A stretch of 64,000 bases of DNA. Source: Oculina patagonica. Taxonomy: Eukaryota. The notes below the pieces were generated by a model. The model saw only the letters and a program-made list of their open reading frames with translations. It was not told the origin of the DNA and ran no database searches. Every line of letters begins with the position of its first letter. Positions within the stretch are counted from its first letter, which is position 1. The DNA is taken from NCBI RefSeq assembly GCF_052425735.1, contig NC_135769.1, forward strand, positions 29,760,001 to 29,824,000. Direction: 5' to 3'. The position numbers and the translations under genes were made by a program. Of the stretch, positions 24,101 through 36,800 are shown piece by piece.

Positions 24101-24659
24101 TACATGTATGAAATTAATGAAATCTGAAATTATGAAATTAACAAAATGAAATCTTTCATATAAAAATTATTAATACTACTAGCTTTAGAAAAATTTTACC
24201 ATCGCATATTTGAAACTCGTGAGTTGAATTAAGTACATACATAGGGTTGTCCTCGGGTTCCCATCCTTCAAGTTCTTTGAAGCAAACAAAACAGCGCGCA
24301 ATGTCTGGATCACGATCATTGGGAGAGTGAAAGAATCCTGCTTCTGCCATCTGACGACAAAACAAACAAAAACGTTTTGTTGCAAAGTAGATTCACAAAA
24401 CTATTTGTGTTTAGTGAGTGCCGACATCGATCACCGTTGTGAAACAAATAAGAAAGCAAGCGACCTGTGGTCGATAATTTCGCTACAAAGCCACCGAGAG
24501 CCGGGATTCGCTTCAACGTAATTTTGCTACAATCAAAACAATTACCTTGCGTGCAGTGCAAGTAGAACCCGTGTCCTCAGTAAAGGGCCAATCTTTGAAT
24601 GTCTCCAACCGATTCTTAAGCTGGTTCATGTTAAAATCGTAATTTAAATTATCAGCCAT
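21131..24659 (-). CDS. BIRC5: Survivin (single-BIR inhibitor of apoptosis / chromosomal passenger protein), 140 aa, 4 exons
   Basis: Exons 24659-24546 ([38 protein letters not shown]), 24350-24241 ([36 protein letters not shown]), 22842-22725 ([13 protein letters not shown]...QINRM) and 21211-21131 ([11 protein letters not shown]...LV*). All introns are GT-AG with consistent phases; BIR C-x2-C...H...C plus a C-terminal helix. Confidence 0.95.
21547..21655. repeat. Imperfect palindromic repeat in BIRC5 intron 3
   Basis: gatctgtatgggcgtttacaatggc...gccattgtaaccgcccatacagatc with outer gtagaa/ttctac arms. Confidence 0.6.
22188..22694. mobile_element. Kolobok-like MITE containing a reverse LINE-tail/(TCA)n insertion (about 22482-22595)
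   Basis: ctaa|agaggcagtatcatgg...cgtgatactgcccct|ttaa. Confidence 0.6.
22951..23724. mobile_element. CCCGGG-type MITE (same family as 19009-19451) with a nested insertion of about 340 bp (about 23120-23457)
   Basis: TSD atacaaac on both sides; aligns to the 19009 copy except for the insert between gatcagtgg..tgaa and ttaagtccagaatag. Confidence 0.75.
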
Positions 24660-24842
24660 GATGCTTGAAAGACGTTTTGAAAATGGCGGTTCGGAGAAAA
24701 AGAAACATCGCCCCAGTCCCCCTCGTCAAAACTTGACCTTAGTCTCTCACGTCAAATTACATCACTCGGTTACACGTAACATGGCGAAGGAAAAGAAAAG
24801 CGAAAGAAAATTGAACTAAATCCACTTCCTGAAAGCAACAGC
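24660..24842. promoter_or_regulatory. Putative bidirectional promoter and 5'UTRs of BIRC5 and NPLOC4
   Basis: 183 bp between divergent ATGs; contains TTTGAA (CHR-like, 24676), two YY1-like AANATGGCG motifs (about 24680 and 24778) and a tcacgtca CRE/E-box-like site. Confidence 0.65.
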
Positions 24843-27800
24843 ATGTCCCAAATTGTAAGTGTTTAGTCATTCTGAAATCAGAGATTGCTCTAATCTGTGT
24901 TTACGGAGTATAAACCCGTTTTCTTCGTTTCCTTTGCGTTAGATTGTTCGTGTGCAATCCCGCGAGGGGACATCTAGAATCAAATGCTCTGCCACTGAAA
25001 CTATCTCCTCATTTCTTAGCAAGGTAAGACGTGTCAAATGCTAAACCTAAAGTCATACAACGACTTTGTAGTTTGCTTCAAGAGGTCGCAGTTTACACTT
25101 TTCTGTATAGGAATATGTCTGACAAGTAAAAGCTTGTAGCTTGCCTTCTTGAGCTAAAAATCAACGTCAAATTTACACGAACTTTTTTTTGAGCCCAAAG
25201 CCGGCCAGAGTACCAAGCTTTAGTGGAAACTGAAGTCTGAAGCATATATGTTTGAATGTTCTTTAGTTTAAACTTTCTCAAGTTAAATTAATTAAGTTTA
25301 AAAAAGGTCACATTTATTGTGTACATTGTACAATTGTGGTTGCCCTTATTCTTATTCATAATTTTCCTTTAAATGAAAGTAGTGATTCAGCATATTTTGC
25401 AATTTTTTGTGTGTTTAGAGAAAACTATGGTTAAAAAACCATGTCAGATAATAGAAACTCTTATGGAATTGTATATAACCCATGCATTTTCTTTTGAGTA
25501 TCCCTGAGAAAGGTTAAAAAAAATAACATTACATAAGATAACTTATTGCAGTTTTTAGTGATATGAAAACTCTGAAATTCAATCCTCAACCAACATTTTA
25601 TGCTCGTTGCTGCCTTCAATCGTCTTAGCTGACCTCTCGAATGTTAATTGGATTTGTTGTCTGGCTTCATGCGACAGGCACATGGGAATTTGGCCAGAAT
25701 TTGCATAATTTCGGCAACCGTCAAATGTCACACATCGTTTGCTTGCTTGTTTTCAACCCTACGATTGATAATACCAAAAGAGAGGCAAGACATTAAAATA
25801 CTACATGCTGGCAAAATTAAAGAAAAAGTGGGAGAAATGTCATTGACCCATTTTATGCAAATAAGGGAATTTTTTTAAGTTTTTACATGTCTTGTATGAA
25901 CGCAGACATTATGAAATCTATATTCTAGTTTTGAATGGAGTCGCAGTTTGAACATTCAAATATTCAATTCAAGAATGACATATTGAAGCAAAGAATGAAA
26001 TCAAATTACCATGAATTCATTAATTCACCCTTGATCAAAAGGAACGCTTGAGCTGTTTTGACTGTAATTGAAAAAGAATGGTGGAAACTTTACCCAGTCT
26101 AAGACTTAGAAAAATATTGGACCAGCAATAAAGCATTGTGATAGGTTGATTTTAGTTTAAAGCCCTTTCAGCTGATTTAGTTAACTAGCTGTTATTACAG
26201 ATGTCAGTGATTTGATGGCATGAAATTCTGAGTGTGGTTTTATCTGTTAGGTCACAGAAGAGCTTTCCCTCCCAAGGAGAGGATGGACATTATTTCAAAG
26301 ACGTGACAAAACAGGAGAGATTAAAACCTCTACACGGAAGACACTATCTTCACTTGGAATAAAGTATGTTGTTTAGTATCCCTTCAGTTTCATAGATCAC
26401 ATGAAAGAATGTCATCCTGGTATTCATTTTGTGTACTAGTTATAGTTAAACCATGGACCACCCATAAAACATAGCCTGCGAACAGGCTCCCGAGTGGTGT
26501 TACGCTAGCAAAAAGAGCGGAAGAGCAGGGCCTGAGGGGGAGTACGGGTGCGTGTTCACCGCTGAGTCTCTACGCTCGTGTAACCCCCCTTCGCTAGCTT
26601 GTTCGCAGGCTAATAAAACATTCTGATTGGTTAATTTTGTCTAACCTCATGAAATGTTCCATATCACTATGGTGTTTAGTTATAACTCTCTAGTTTAAAA
26701 GTGTTTTTATTTGCCAATCATCATTTCTGACTAGCTGTAACTGAAGTAAACTGTGGCTTTTAAAAAAATTTGAAACAATACATTTTTATTGTCAGTTAAG
26801 AGCTCTACAGATGACTGTAAAGTAAAAATAGAAATTTGAGCCTAGTGGCCCATCAGACATGTGCTTTCATGTATCTCTGGTTTATGTAGAATGATAGACT
26901 AGGAGAATTTTTGTTGTACTTCCCCCTGCAGTGGATGGGATGGTAGTGCAGCACAGGGTTACTCCTGAGCCTCATTTTAATTTGTTGGTTATACACCTGG
27001 GGGGGGGGGGGGAGAGAATTGTCTTGTCCAAGAACACAACACAGTGACCCTGGCCTGAGGGATTGAATCCAGACTGCTTGATGCAGAGCCCAGCACGCTA
27101 ACCATTTCCACAGATGACTGTAGCATCACCATACAATTTTTAGAGTAAAATTGTTTGTTGATGGTCAACTTGTCAGTAATAAAAAAGTGCAGTTTGTACC
27201 TATACATTGATGGTACATGCAGCTTCCCTAACTGTCAGAAGTGTTTAATATGTTTTTCCTTTTTTTTCTTCTTATCAGGCATGGAGATATGCTTTTCTTG
27301 TCCCAGGATATTTCAGCAGCTGAAAAAGAAGTTGCAAGCAATAATTTTGCTTCTTTGACATCTGTTGCAAGTTCTACAAGTTCTGCTGCAAGTTCTAACA
27401 ACGTCAAGGAAGATGAAATTGATACATTTCTTTCCAAGCAAAATGGTCTGATCCATAGAGAGCGAGATCCTCAGCTGTAAGTACAAAGTCTAGTATAGTC
27501 ATGGGGTGATTAAAGTTGACTGTGGTTTGTCAGATATTTTGCCAAAAGTACTGCTAATATACAAGGCTGTGCTCTAAGGAAAATTACAAGGAACCCAAAG
27601 GTTCCAAACTATGAGATCCAGGGTGTCCAGCATAAAGCTTATATGAAAGAAATAAGATTATCTGGTCGCCCAAAGCCAAAAGTTAGTCACCAGAGGCACC
27701 CGGGTGCCCTTAGAGCACAGCCCTGATATAATAGTCCTGTTTTCTATGCTGTGTATTTTACAGATGTCATCACAATCCAAACAGCAAATGTATTCATTGT

Positions 27801-30800
27801 GTACCACTTGAGGTAAGATTCTTGGAAAAAGTAGACAGTGCCAGTGTTTTGAAATGAACCTCTACATAACAAACTTCTCAGTATAACAAACAATACTCTT
27901 CACCCCAGTAGCAGGAAAGTAATAGGAACATATTTTTAAATTGCATTTTTTTTAAATTTTTATTTTCGTGGCATGTCTGTAAAGTAACTATTTAGCTAAA
28001 CACATAAAATTTTATTGTATTATTGTATTGTACTTTGCCAGTCCATGAAAATCTATGTTAACAAGGCTGTGTTCTAAGGAAATTTTCTGGGAGCCCTTCG
28101 GGCTCCCACCCTGCCAGGTAGGGTGCCCAGCCCTTCAGGTTGGTCGCCCAAACTAATTAATTATTCAATTAATTTATTTATTAATATTATCATGTTTTAC
28201 ACCGCTTCTTATTAAAGCGTGAACACTTAAAATATGTCTGGAATGTTCTTTGTCTTTTAACCAATCACATGCGAGAACTTCAGACCGCAGAAACCACATG
28301 GGTTTCCATCGGTCACGGAACAATATTTGGTTCTCGTTTCGCTCCAATTTACAAGTAAACACACTTATTGTAATTCCTTCCTTTTTGAGAACATTCACTG
28401 CTCCGCTGAAGAATAGGTTTGAGTGATTTTTTTTTATAGAAAAAATTGAAAAACCGATGCGCCCGACGCTACGATTTGCCCCAGTTGCCGCCAATTTTCA
28501 AAAATTGTAACGAATTCGTATCTGCAGTTACCGTTCGCCTGATGGCATGTTACAATTTGTACTGAGGTAAGCTTGCATTTTCCGGTTTTTATCTCACCCC
28601 AACTATTGTAGCAGACCTAAACACTGATAGAAGGAAGGTTTGTTTCTTCGATAACAGCGAAACGATAGCGGGAAGGAAAAGCGAAAATCAAACGATTGAG
28701 CGATTGAGGTGTTTACTTTGCACCAATCACGCCAACATTTTGAATAATTTTCGTCTGGAGCCTTTGCAGTTTGCAGTCTTACGATCACGGAACCTCTAAT
28801 TGCCTAAGGGTTGAAATCGTTTGCCGAAATAAATCGAATCCCTTGTTCTACCGAAAAGATTTACAATCAGTAACGAAAACTCCACAATTTTGTATTTTAT
28901 ATTCGGTTTATCGTGTTTACATCTTTAATATGTCTAGACATGTCTACAACATACTGCATGCACTGAACCATGTCGTATATCGTCGCTAGAGAAACCGTCC
29001 TTTTTTTCTTTCAAAAATCCCTGAAACCATGCTCTGGATGTGGCCCTCGATACGAAAGAATAGCAGTTCTTAAAATTCTTAAAAAAGACAGAGCGTGTAT
29101 CCTGAAACAAAATAAGAACTAAAGTTGCTCCGTGACCGATGGAAACCCGTTTACTGTTTGTGGTTTCTGCGGTCTGAAGTTCTCGCATGTGATTGGCTAA
29201 ACACAAACATTCCAGACATATTTTTTAGTGTTCACGCTTTTATAAGAAGGAGTGTAATAAGTTAATGACTAATTAACCAATGAATTTAAATCATAAAACC
29301 AATAAAGATTTCTTGTTGATTATATTTAACAGCACACACTATTAAATATATATTTGTTGCTTCTTGTCAATGAACAACTTTGACTTTGTCAGTAACACAA
29401 CATTTACATCAATGTTAATACAGAGAGTTTGTGAGAGAAGGTTGTTTTAAAGCCACAATAAGTTTTATTTCCAACGATCACATTATGGTATAACCCTAAA
29501 CAAGTGACAGGTTAATGCATTACTGCCCTCTTATCTTGGTTAGTCTCTCTTGCAAAAAAATAAACACAACATTTTGGATTCATAAAATAATTATTCCACT
29601 CAGCAAATATAGCGGCTTTGTGAGTCGAAAAAGTGCGAATTCCTGTATGCTGTCGTACGGAAACCCATTGAAAATTTTCGCGCCAAAATGGGAAAATTTC
29701 GTCCTTTTCGCAAAAATTCCTTACTTTATCTAGTTTCATAAAAGGACGCCAGAGAAGTTAAGGCTTAAACAATTAATTGCAAGCTTTTCTTGTTTCAGCG
29801 GTTAATTTGTCGAGAGTTCAAAAAAAATTAAGAACGTCACAAGAATTTAAGAAAGAACATTTAATTAGGTTGAGTTTCTATTCTTTCGACAGTCAGGCTG
29901 AGAGAACCACCGTTTGAATGATAATCTATACTAATCCATTCGATTTGATTAAGAAACGGATTGATTTAAACTTGCAGAAATTCATGAAACTGCAAACAAT
30001 CTTATATTTATTTATTTTTTGCAATTCACCAAAGGTGATAATTTCACACACGGCAGAGTTGTTTGTTACTATTTTTAGCGGCCACTCATTTTGTGACTTG
30101 TGATACATCCGACGAAAATCCTTTAATAGTAACGTAAATATCACCTCAATCCTAACGTCGTTAAGAATTTTCGTTTGAGATTACCACAACAAGTCTAAAA
30201 ACAAATAAATTCGATTTAAGCTAAATGATAATTACATTTTATCAAGATTTAGAGTGCAACAAGTTGTCGCTATTCCTATGTATGTAAACATCTGCAGACG
30301 AAGCCGAAGACGCAGAAATTTGCGTATACTGTACGAAGAATTTCATTTTATGTTAACACCAACACACTGCACTAACGAAAACTATTAATATACCAAAATA
30401 AATGAAAACTAAATCATCTCAAGAAAAAAACTCAAGATTTCAACACATATTTTTTTAATGTTCGTGCATTTTGTCACGTGCAAAGTCAAGCTTGTGTTAA
30501 ATCATGTGGAACGAACTTGACAGCGCTGGCAAGCGTAAACATTTGACTTCGTAATGTACGGAAGCCTATTTTCCCACAAATAACATTATCAATCAGCCCA
30601 AAACATAATTTTACAATCAATCCCCTGCTATACTACAGTGTGGAACGGCGAACAAGAGGGCCGGGTGCCTGGCCGGGCGAGCAGTTTTATTTTTCGGTCG
30701 CCCGAGACCAAATGTTAGTCGCCTGAGGCGACCGGGCACCGCTAGAGCACAGCCTTGTGTTAATTAAGATCAGCTATCCAAATCACTACCATGGTGCCGT

Positions 30801-33800
30801 TATAATTTCCTTCGACGTTTAACTTGAGAATGCTAAAATTTACAGCTGAGAAGCTGAAGTAAAAGCTGACTGAGAAGCTGAACTGAACTAGAAGCTGACA
30901 AGTGCATGGGGAGATTTGGACCATAAAGATAGCCATGTTCACGTACAGAGCTCAAAAAAAAAACCTCTTTGATATACGTTTGCTTCTTTTTATCAGCCCT
31001 ATGATGAAGAGTATTTAAAGAATCACAAACCACCCATCAAACACATGTCATTTCATGCATTCCTTAAGAAGCTAGGTGGAGGAACTGATAGGTGAGTGCT
31101 GCTGTTTCAAATCAGCTTTTCTTGTTTGTGCTAGCTGTGCTGTGTTTACCTGAAGCACTGAAATAAAGTCATGAGAGAAGTGCAGGCCAAGACATGCCAT
31201 CAGTGAGCAGCTGCTTGAGCATTTTCATAAAAGTTCTAATATTTCCAAGAATTAAGTGCTGGGAATGAGAGTCTCTATAGGTTAAATGATGAAAGTTGCA
31301 AGCGAGTTTTTTCCACCCCTCAGCAAGCTTGGGTCAAAGAAGTGTGTGAATACTCTCCAAAACTATCAAGAGAGATATTTAAATAATTATTGTTTTATTC
31401 GGGGGGGGGGGGGTGGGTAGCAGCTCTCACAAAGTACTTACATGAATGGCTCACTACTGTTCAGGAGAACAATAGAAGAAGAAACAGGAAAATACCGGAG
31501 CTACTCCCCCCTGGATGGGATGCTAGTCCATTGCAGGGTACCCCCGCCCCACCCCCACCCCCCAGCAGCATTTTGCTGGTACCCCATCTATACACCTGGG
31601 TGGAGAGAGGTACTACATGTATGAGAGTAAAACACAGTGACCCCAGCCAGGACTGAACCCCGGACCTCCCAGTCAGGCCACCGTGCCTCCCAGTCAAACT
31701 ACTACCTAGAGGACCAGTAAAATTCGGGGGCTGCTACACTACTGTTCAAACTTGATAAGATGGCACAAGAGTCAGAATAGTTGCCAAGGGTGCATGACAC
31801 TTTCAGAACAAATGAGAGCAGGAGTCAACTCTCATTCCAGGGCTCTTTCGTGTCATGTAAAACCTGGAAAGTCGTGGAATTTTAGAATTTCATTTTCCAG
31901 GCTTGGAAAGTTATGGAATTTAAGTGTGGGTGATGGAAAGTCATGGAAAATGGTATTGATTGTACAAAATGAAAGTTAGGCAGAGTAAACAAAGAGTAAA
32001 AATGTACCCGAATTTAAGATAATTTTTGAAAATTTCCAAACAATTAAAATGGTCAAATTTAGGTCATGGAAAACTTTGAAAAGTCTTGGAAAAGGTCATG
32101 GAAAGTCATGGAATTTCAAAAGCTCAAAAGAGTATAAACCCTGTCATTCTTGTTTGGCCTGAGGTTTAAACATAAGGCACCTATTTTTATCATTATATTT
32201 TTTAGTTAGAGAAACTAACTTTTTTGGTGTATGTTTTAAAGTGTTAGTTGTCTGACTAGTAAGTGACATTCTCTTTGATTTACTGGAAAACAGAGGAAAG
32301 TTTACAGTACTGGAGGATACCAGTTGTCGAATTAAACCTGGATGCACAGAACATCCGCCATGGCCTGGGGGAATTTGTACAAAGTGTCAGCCCAGTGCTA
32401 TTACGCTAAAGAGACAAGTAAGTTATTTAGTCATGCAATTTCTTAGACTTGTTATTCTTATGGGAGACAGTAAAGAGAATTCATCTTTCAAGTCACTGGT
32501 AAGACTAGGGTAACATTTGTATCTGACAATGCCAAGCCATAACATGCCACTTGGCAAACTAAAAATATATTATGATAGGTGAAGGTGATACTTTTGTGTG
32601 TTTGTCTGTTGTATATTTATTTCAAATCCTACACAAAATACCTAGTTGTACAGGGCCTGGAACGACGTGGAGGCCGCGCGACGGGCGGCAGCCCGCCGCC
32701 CGCCCGGGAGGGCGCGCGCAGTGGCGCGCCCGCGCCCACACAAGCGAGCGGACCGAGACAGCGCACGCCGCGCCGGAGCCCGGCACGAACCAAGGGAGCC
32801 GCAGGAGACGCCGCGGGGGGCGACGCGACGGGGGCCGCCCGAGACCCGGCGAACCACCCACGGAGGGAGCGGCCGGCGACCGGCAAGACCGCCACAGCGG
32901 ACACGGGCCGGAGCCGGACGGCGATTTGAGCCCTGTTGTACATCCATGTCTGGCCTTTTGTTGATAAGGGATCTTTGGGATTTAACATATGGTTAAGTTA
33001 CACCCAGTTCAGTGCTGTGGCATGTACACCTTGGGGTTGCATACAGGGTTTTGCAGGGGCTGATATGTTTTGTTTTCTAGCTGTATATGGGGGTCAGGTA
33101 GTTAGCTCTTGTAAGGTCTTACATGAATGGCTCACCCTTTGAGAGAAATTTGGAACAGGCAACAGGAACAATACCCCTAGCCCCAAAGACAATTTTTAAC
33201 AACTGCTACACAAGAGGACCAATAGAATTACAAGCTTACGAGAGTTGCTACACTCAGTATGTGGATATGTGGTTCATGCTTAGCTTTGCACATGCTTGTG
33301 GTGTGCTTTGTGGCTGGCCCCCACCCCTCCCTCCCTTAGTTTTTGGATTGGTAAGTATGTCTACCAATTCTCTCCAGTGACGGTCTGTGGTGGTTGCCAC
33401 TCTCAGGGTTGCCATGCATGAAAGCCTGTAAACTGTGTTTAAATCATGCATTGCTTCACCATTCCAAAGGCACCTACCCCAAGCTCATGTACTGGCAATG
33501 AGTGTAAAAGGGAGGTATTGTAAGGGTCTTTAAGAAAGGCTATTTTTGCCATGGGTATGAACATACTAACTTCTAAAAAAATAGGCACACTAAGCGTGGA
33601 GGAGTTATATTTCAATTTATGGGGTGGCTTGGGGTGAAACTGGGTGATTGTCCTGTTGGGATGGTTTATGTCATGGGTTGAGCTATTTGTGTATGGCAGC
33701 CCACGGAGTCACTTTTTTGCACAAAATTTGCTTGCAAACAAAATAATTTTTACGTGCATTTTGATACATCAGAACTGTTTTATTCAATACGTAAATTTTC

Positions 33801-36800
33801 ATCATTTAATTAAAAAAACAAGAACTAAGTTAATTATCAAAATGTCACAAAATGGCACGTTCTTATTCTGTTTAAAGCGGTTATTTTGTTGGTAGCTTTG
33901 TAGCAACCGTAATGTGATACTTTTGTTTGTTACGGAATACTTTGGGCTTTTTGCTAAACACTAACATGATACTGTTGTTTTTCTCACTTTTGTAACATGA
34001 TATCTTTGTTTTTTGAAAACGAACGTAACACTATAGCCTTGTTTTTCTCGAAAAAGCCATGTCTCCATTTAACGCGCTCAATAGTCATTGAACGAAAAGT
34101 ACTGTAATAAACGAAGTAATAAACGAATCAAATAAAAAACCACTCTCTTCGGGAAAGTTCTTTAAAGCGCAGCACACCTGGAGTACTTGTTTCCTGTCAG
34201 AACTGTTCAACAAAGATTTTGATTCATTCACAACGTAAATTTTATTCAACAAACAAGAACTAATTAAGTTATCAAATTGTCACGGAATGGCACGCTCTTA
34301 TTCTGTTTTTGCTATCGATCGTAGTTGCTTTTAACAGCAAAGTTAATACTTATAATGGTTCATTAAATGCTTGAACGAGATGTTTTAAAAGTATAAACAC
34401 AAACGCCACTTCTGAATTGGTGAATTGAGCAAGAAGCTCAAGAGACTTATTAAATTAATTGCGGTTTGCAGTTATTTAACGCCACGGAGTCTCCAGTAAT
34501 ATTTAGGAATGTAAAGAAGATTCTTTTCCATTTCTTCGACTCTTTGTAAATATACACACAGTATTAACATCATAATGACAACATTAATCTTTAAATCTGC
34601 TGTGTGCAAATGCTTTATGTAATTTTTACCACGGTCAGGAAAGCTAGCCTCTTCAAAAGAACGCTCGATTAAGACAAATAACAAACAGGTGAGCGTTACG
34701 AAAAACACGTTTTTAATCCAAGGTTAATTCATAACTCACCAATTCCACCTTCTAACAAATCTAAAATCGCTCACTACAAGTATGTTAGATTGCTTTCCCC
34801 TTATAAACTTCAATTTGATTGGTTCTGATAGTACCTGAAATCTGATTGGTGTGACAAACATACTTCACTGACTGACTGACTGACTACACGGCCCATCACG
34901 CCGACTAAGAGCTATTTTTGAAAAAATAACTCAAATATTGGTTCCAGTGTTGCATATTGAAATTTTAATGACTTTTTTCTTGTAGGTGTACAGGCATGTA
35001 GACAACATCTTGTTTGAAAATCCCTGCATTGTGGAACCATTTCTGAATTATTGGAGAAAAACAGGAAATCAGGCAAGCCCATTTTTTTTAGTTTTAGATG
35101 TTTTCTTTATCTTATAAAAAGGAGAACAAAGCTATTGATACACTAAACTTACCAGACGTTTACAGTTAATTATGTAATAACATTAAACCTCGTTGACAAG
35201 CACTGAAAATTTCTTAATAAATAACGAAGTCACCTTCTGTCCTCAGAGGCTGGGATTTCTGTATGGTCGTTATGAGCACCATAAAGATGTACCCTTGGGA
35301 ATACGAGCGTCTGTTGCGGCCATTTACGAGCCTCCACAGGTAAGTGCTGGCTCATGAAATCAGTTTCAGAAGCTTACGGTATGTATATTACTGCATGTTT
35401 GTTTGGTGAAAGGATCAAATATTGTTGTACAGTTATTTTCGGATTGTAACGTTTACTCATAAAAAGAGGAAAAATGGGTCCAATACTATGCCGGTTTTTG
35501 AAAAAGGGGGGATGGCAGTCACGTTTAGGATACGAAAAAGCGAAGTGTGGTCTGCAAGTCATTTTTTTGTAATTGCTAAACAATGAAAAAGAGATCATCA
35601 ATTAAAAGAAAGGTGCGGAACAGAGGGTTTTACCTGGCAAGGTTTCTTTTAGGGTTGCCATGAAGAATTAAAAAGCGCCATTATACTGTGATGATGGTTA
35701 AGATCAATCCAGATCTGGCATAAAATCTTCAAATTCCTTCATAGATGTGAGCATTCGAGTTTGTGCTAATAGCTCTATGACTTGTGTGTCTTCTAGAATG
35801 AATTTAGGGGCCAAATAAAGCTTGAGCCTCGCCCAGATAGGTCTCCTTTAGGGATTTCATTCAAATTTTCCGACAAGAATCCCCACCGCTTTAAAATGCG
35901 GCTCCTCACCTGGGGCAGACTTTACACTTTTTTTACACTTTTTTAAGAGAAAATTTGATTATGTTTTGTAGGAAGACACTCCGGACAGCATAAAGCTTTT
36001 ACCAGACCCCCATGAGGCAGTCGTCGACAAACTAGCAGCCGAGCTTGGCCTTCAGAAGGTTGGCTGGATATTTACAGATCTTATAGCTGATGACGTGCGG
36101 AAAGGCACGGTGAAACATCTGCGAGATATCAACACACACTTCCTCACTGCTGAGGAATGCATCCTTGCAGGACAGTTACAGAATCAGCATCCTTCACCAT
36201 GTAAACTATCGTCTAATGGCAAATTTGGATCAAAGTTTTCCACTGTTGTTGTATCAGGTATGTTTACACTCCATCCGAGCGTGATCTTAGAAAAGATGTC
36301 GCTCAACACGGTACATGACCCAGGCACAAGATCCGCCATGCTGCTGGGATAGCACCCCACCCCCTCAGGTTTGGTTGGGTGGGTATGTGCCGCCCGAGTC
36401 TCCAAAGTAGTATCCCGTTTTAGAACGAATTTGCATCCAAAAATTATGTTACCCCGTTCTTTTGCTCCCCCCAGGAGCAAAACAATATGACAACAGTCAA
36501 AACAGTGACCTAAAACAGTCAAGCTTGACTCTTGTTTTTGTTTTGGATGCCTCAGGGCGTAGGTTGCCAGCGAGGACGGCGGACTTTGTGTTTTGTGGCC
36601 AGTTCAAACAAAGGCCAACAAGACCGTGTGATATACACGTTAACAATCCTCCGAGCGTCACATTTAACAGTATTGTCGGCGTTTAGAAACGTTCCGTAAG
36701 AAGCAGCTGAAAGTGATTCACTTTTTGATTCAATTTGTCGGCACAAACCTCGCACTTAAAACACATGGTTTATTTTGTAGGCAATATGGACAACCAAGTT

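Noticed and set aside
28062-30757. Autonomous transposon with a transposase
   Set aside because: No long ORF or recognisable transposase motif in the interior.
30840-30900. Short (g)aagctga repeats upstream of NPLOC4 exon 6
   Set aside because: Low-complexity micro-duplications with no supportable function.
32572-32996. Overlapping Arg/Ala/Gly/Pro-rich ORFs in all six frames
   Set aside because: Stop codons cannot occur in a T-free, GC-rich stretch; no domain is recognisable and the region is intronic.
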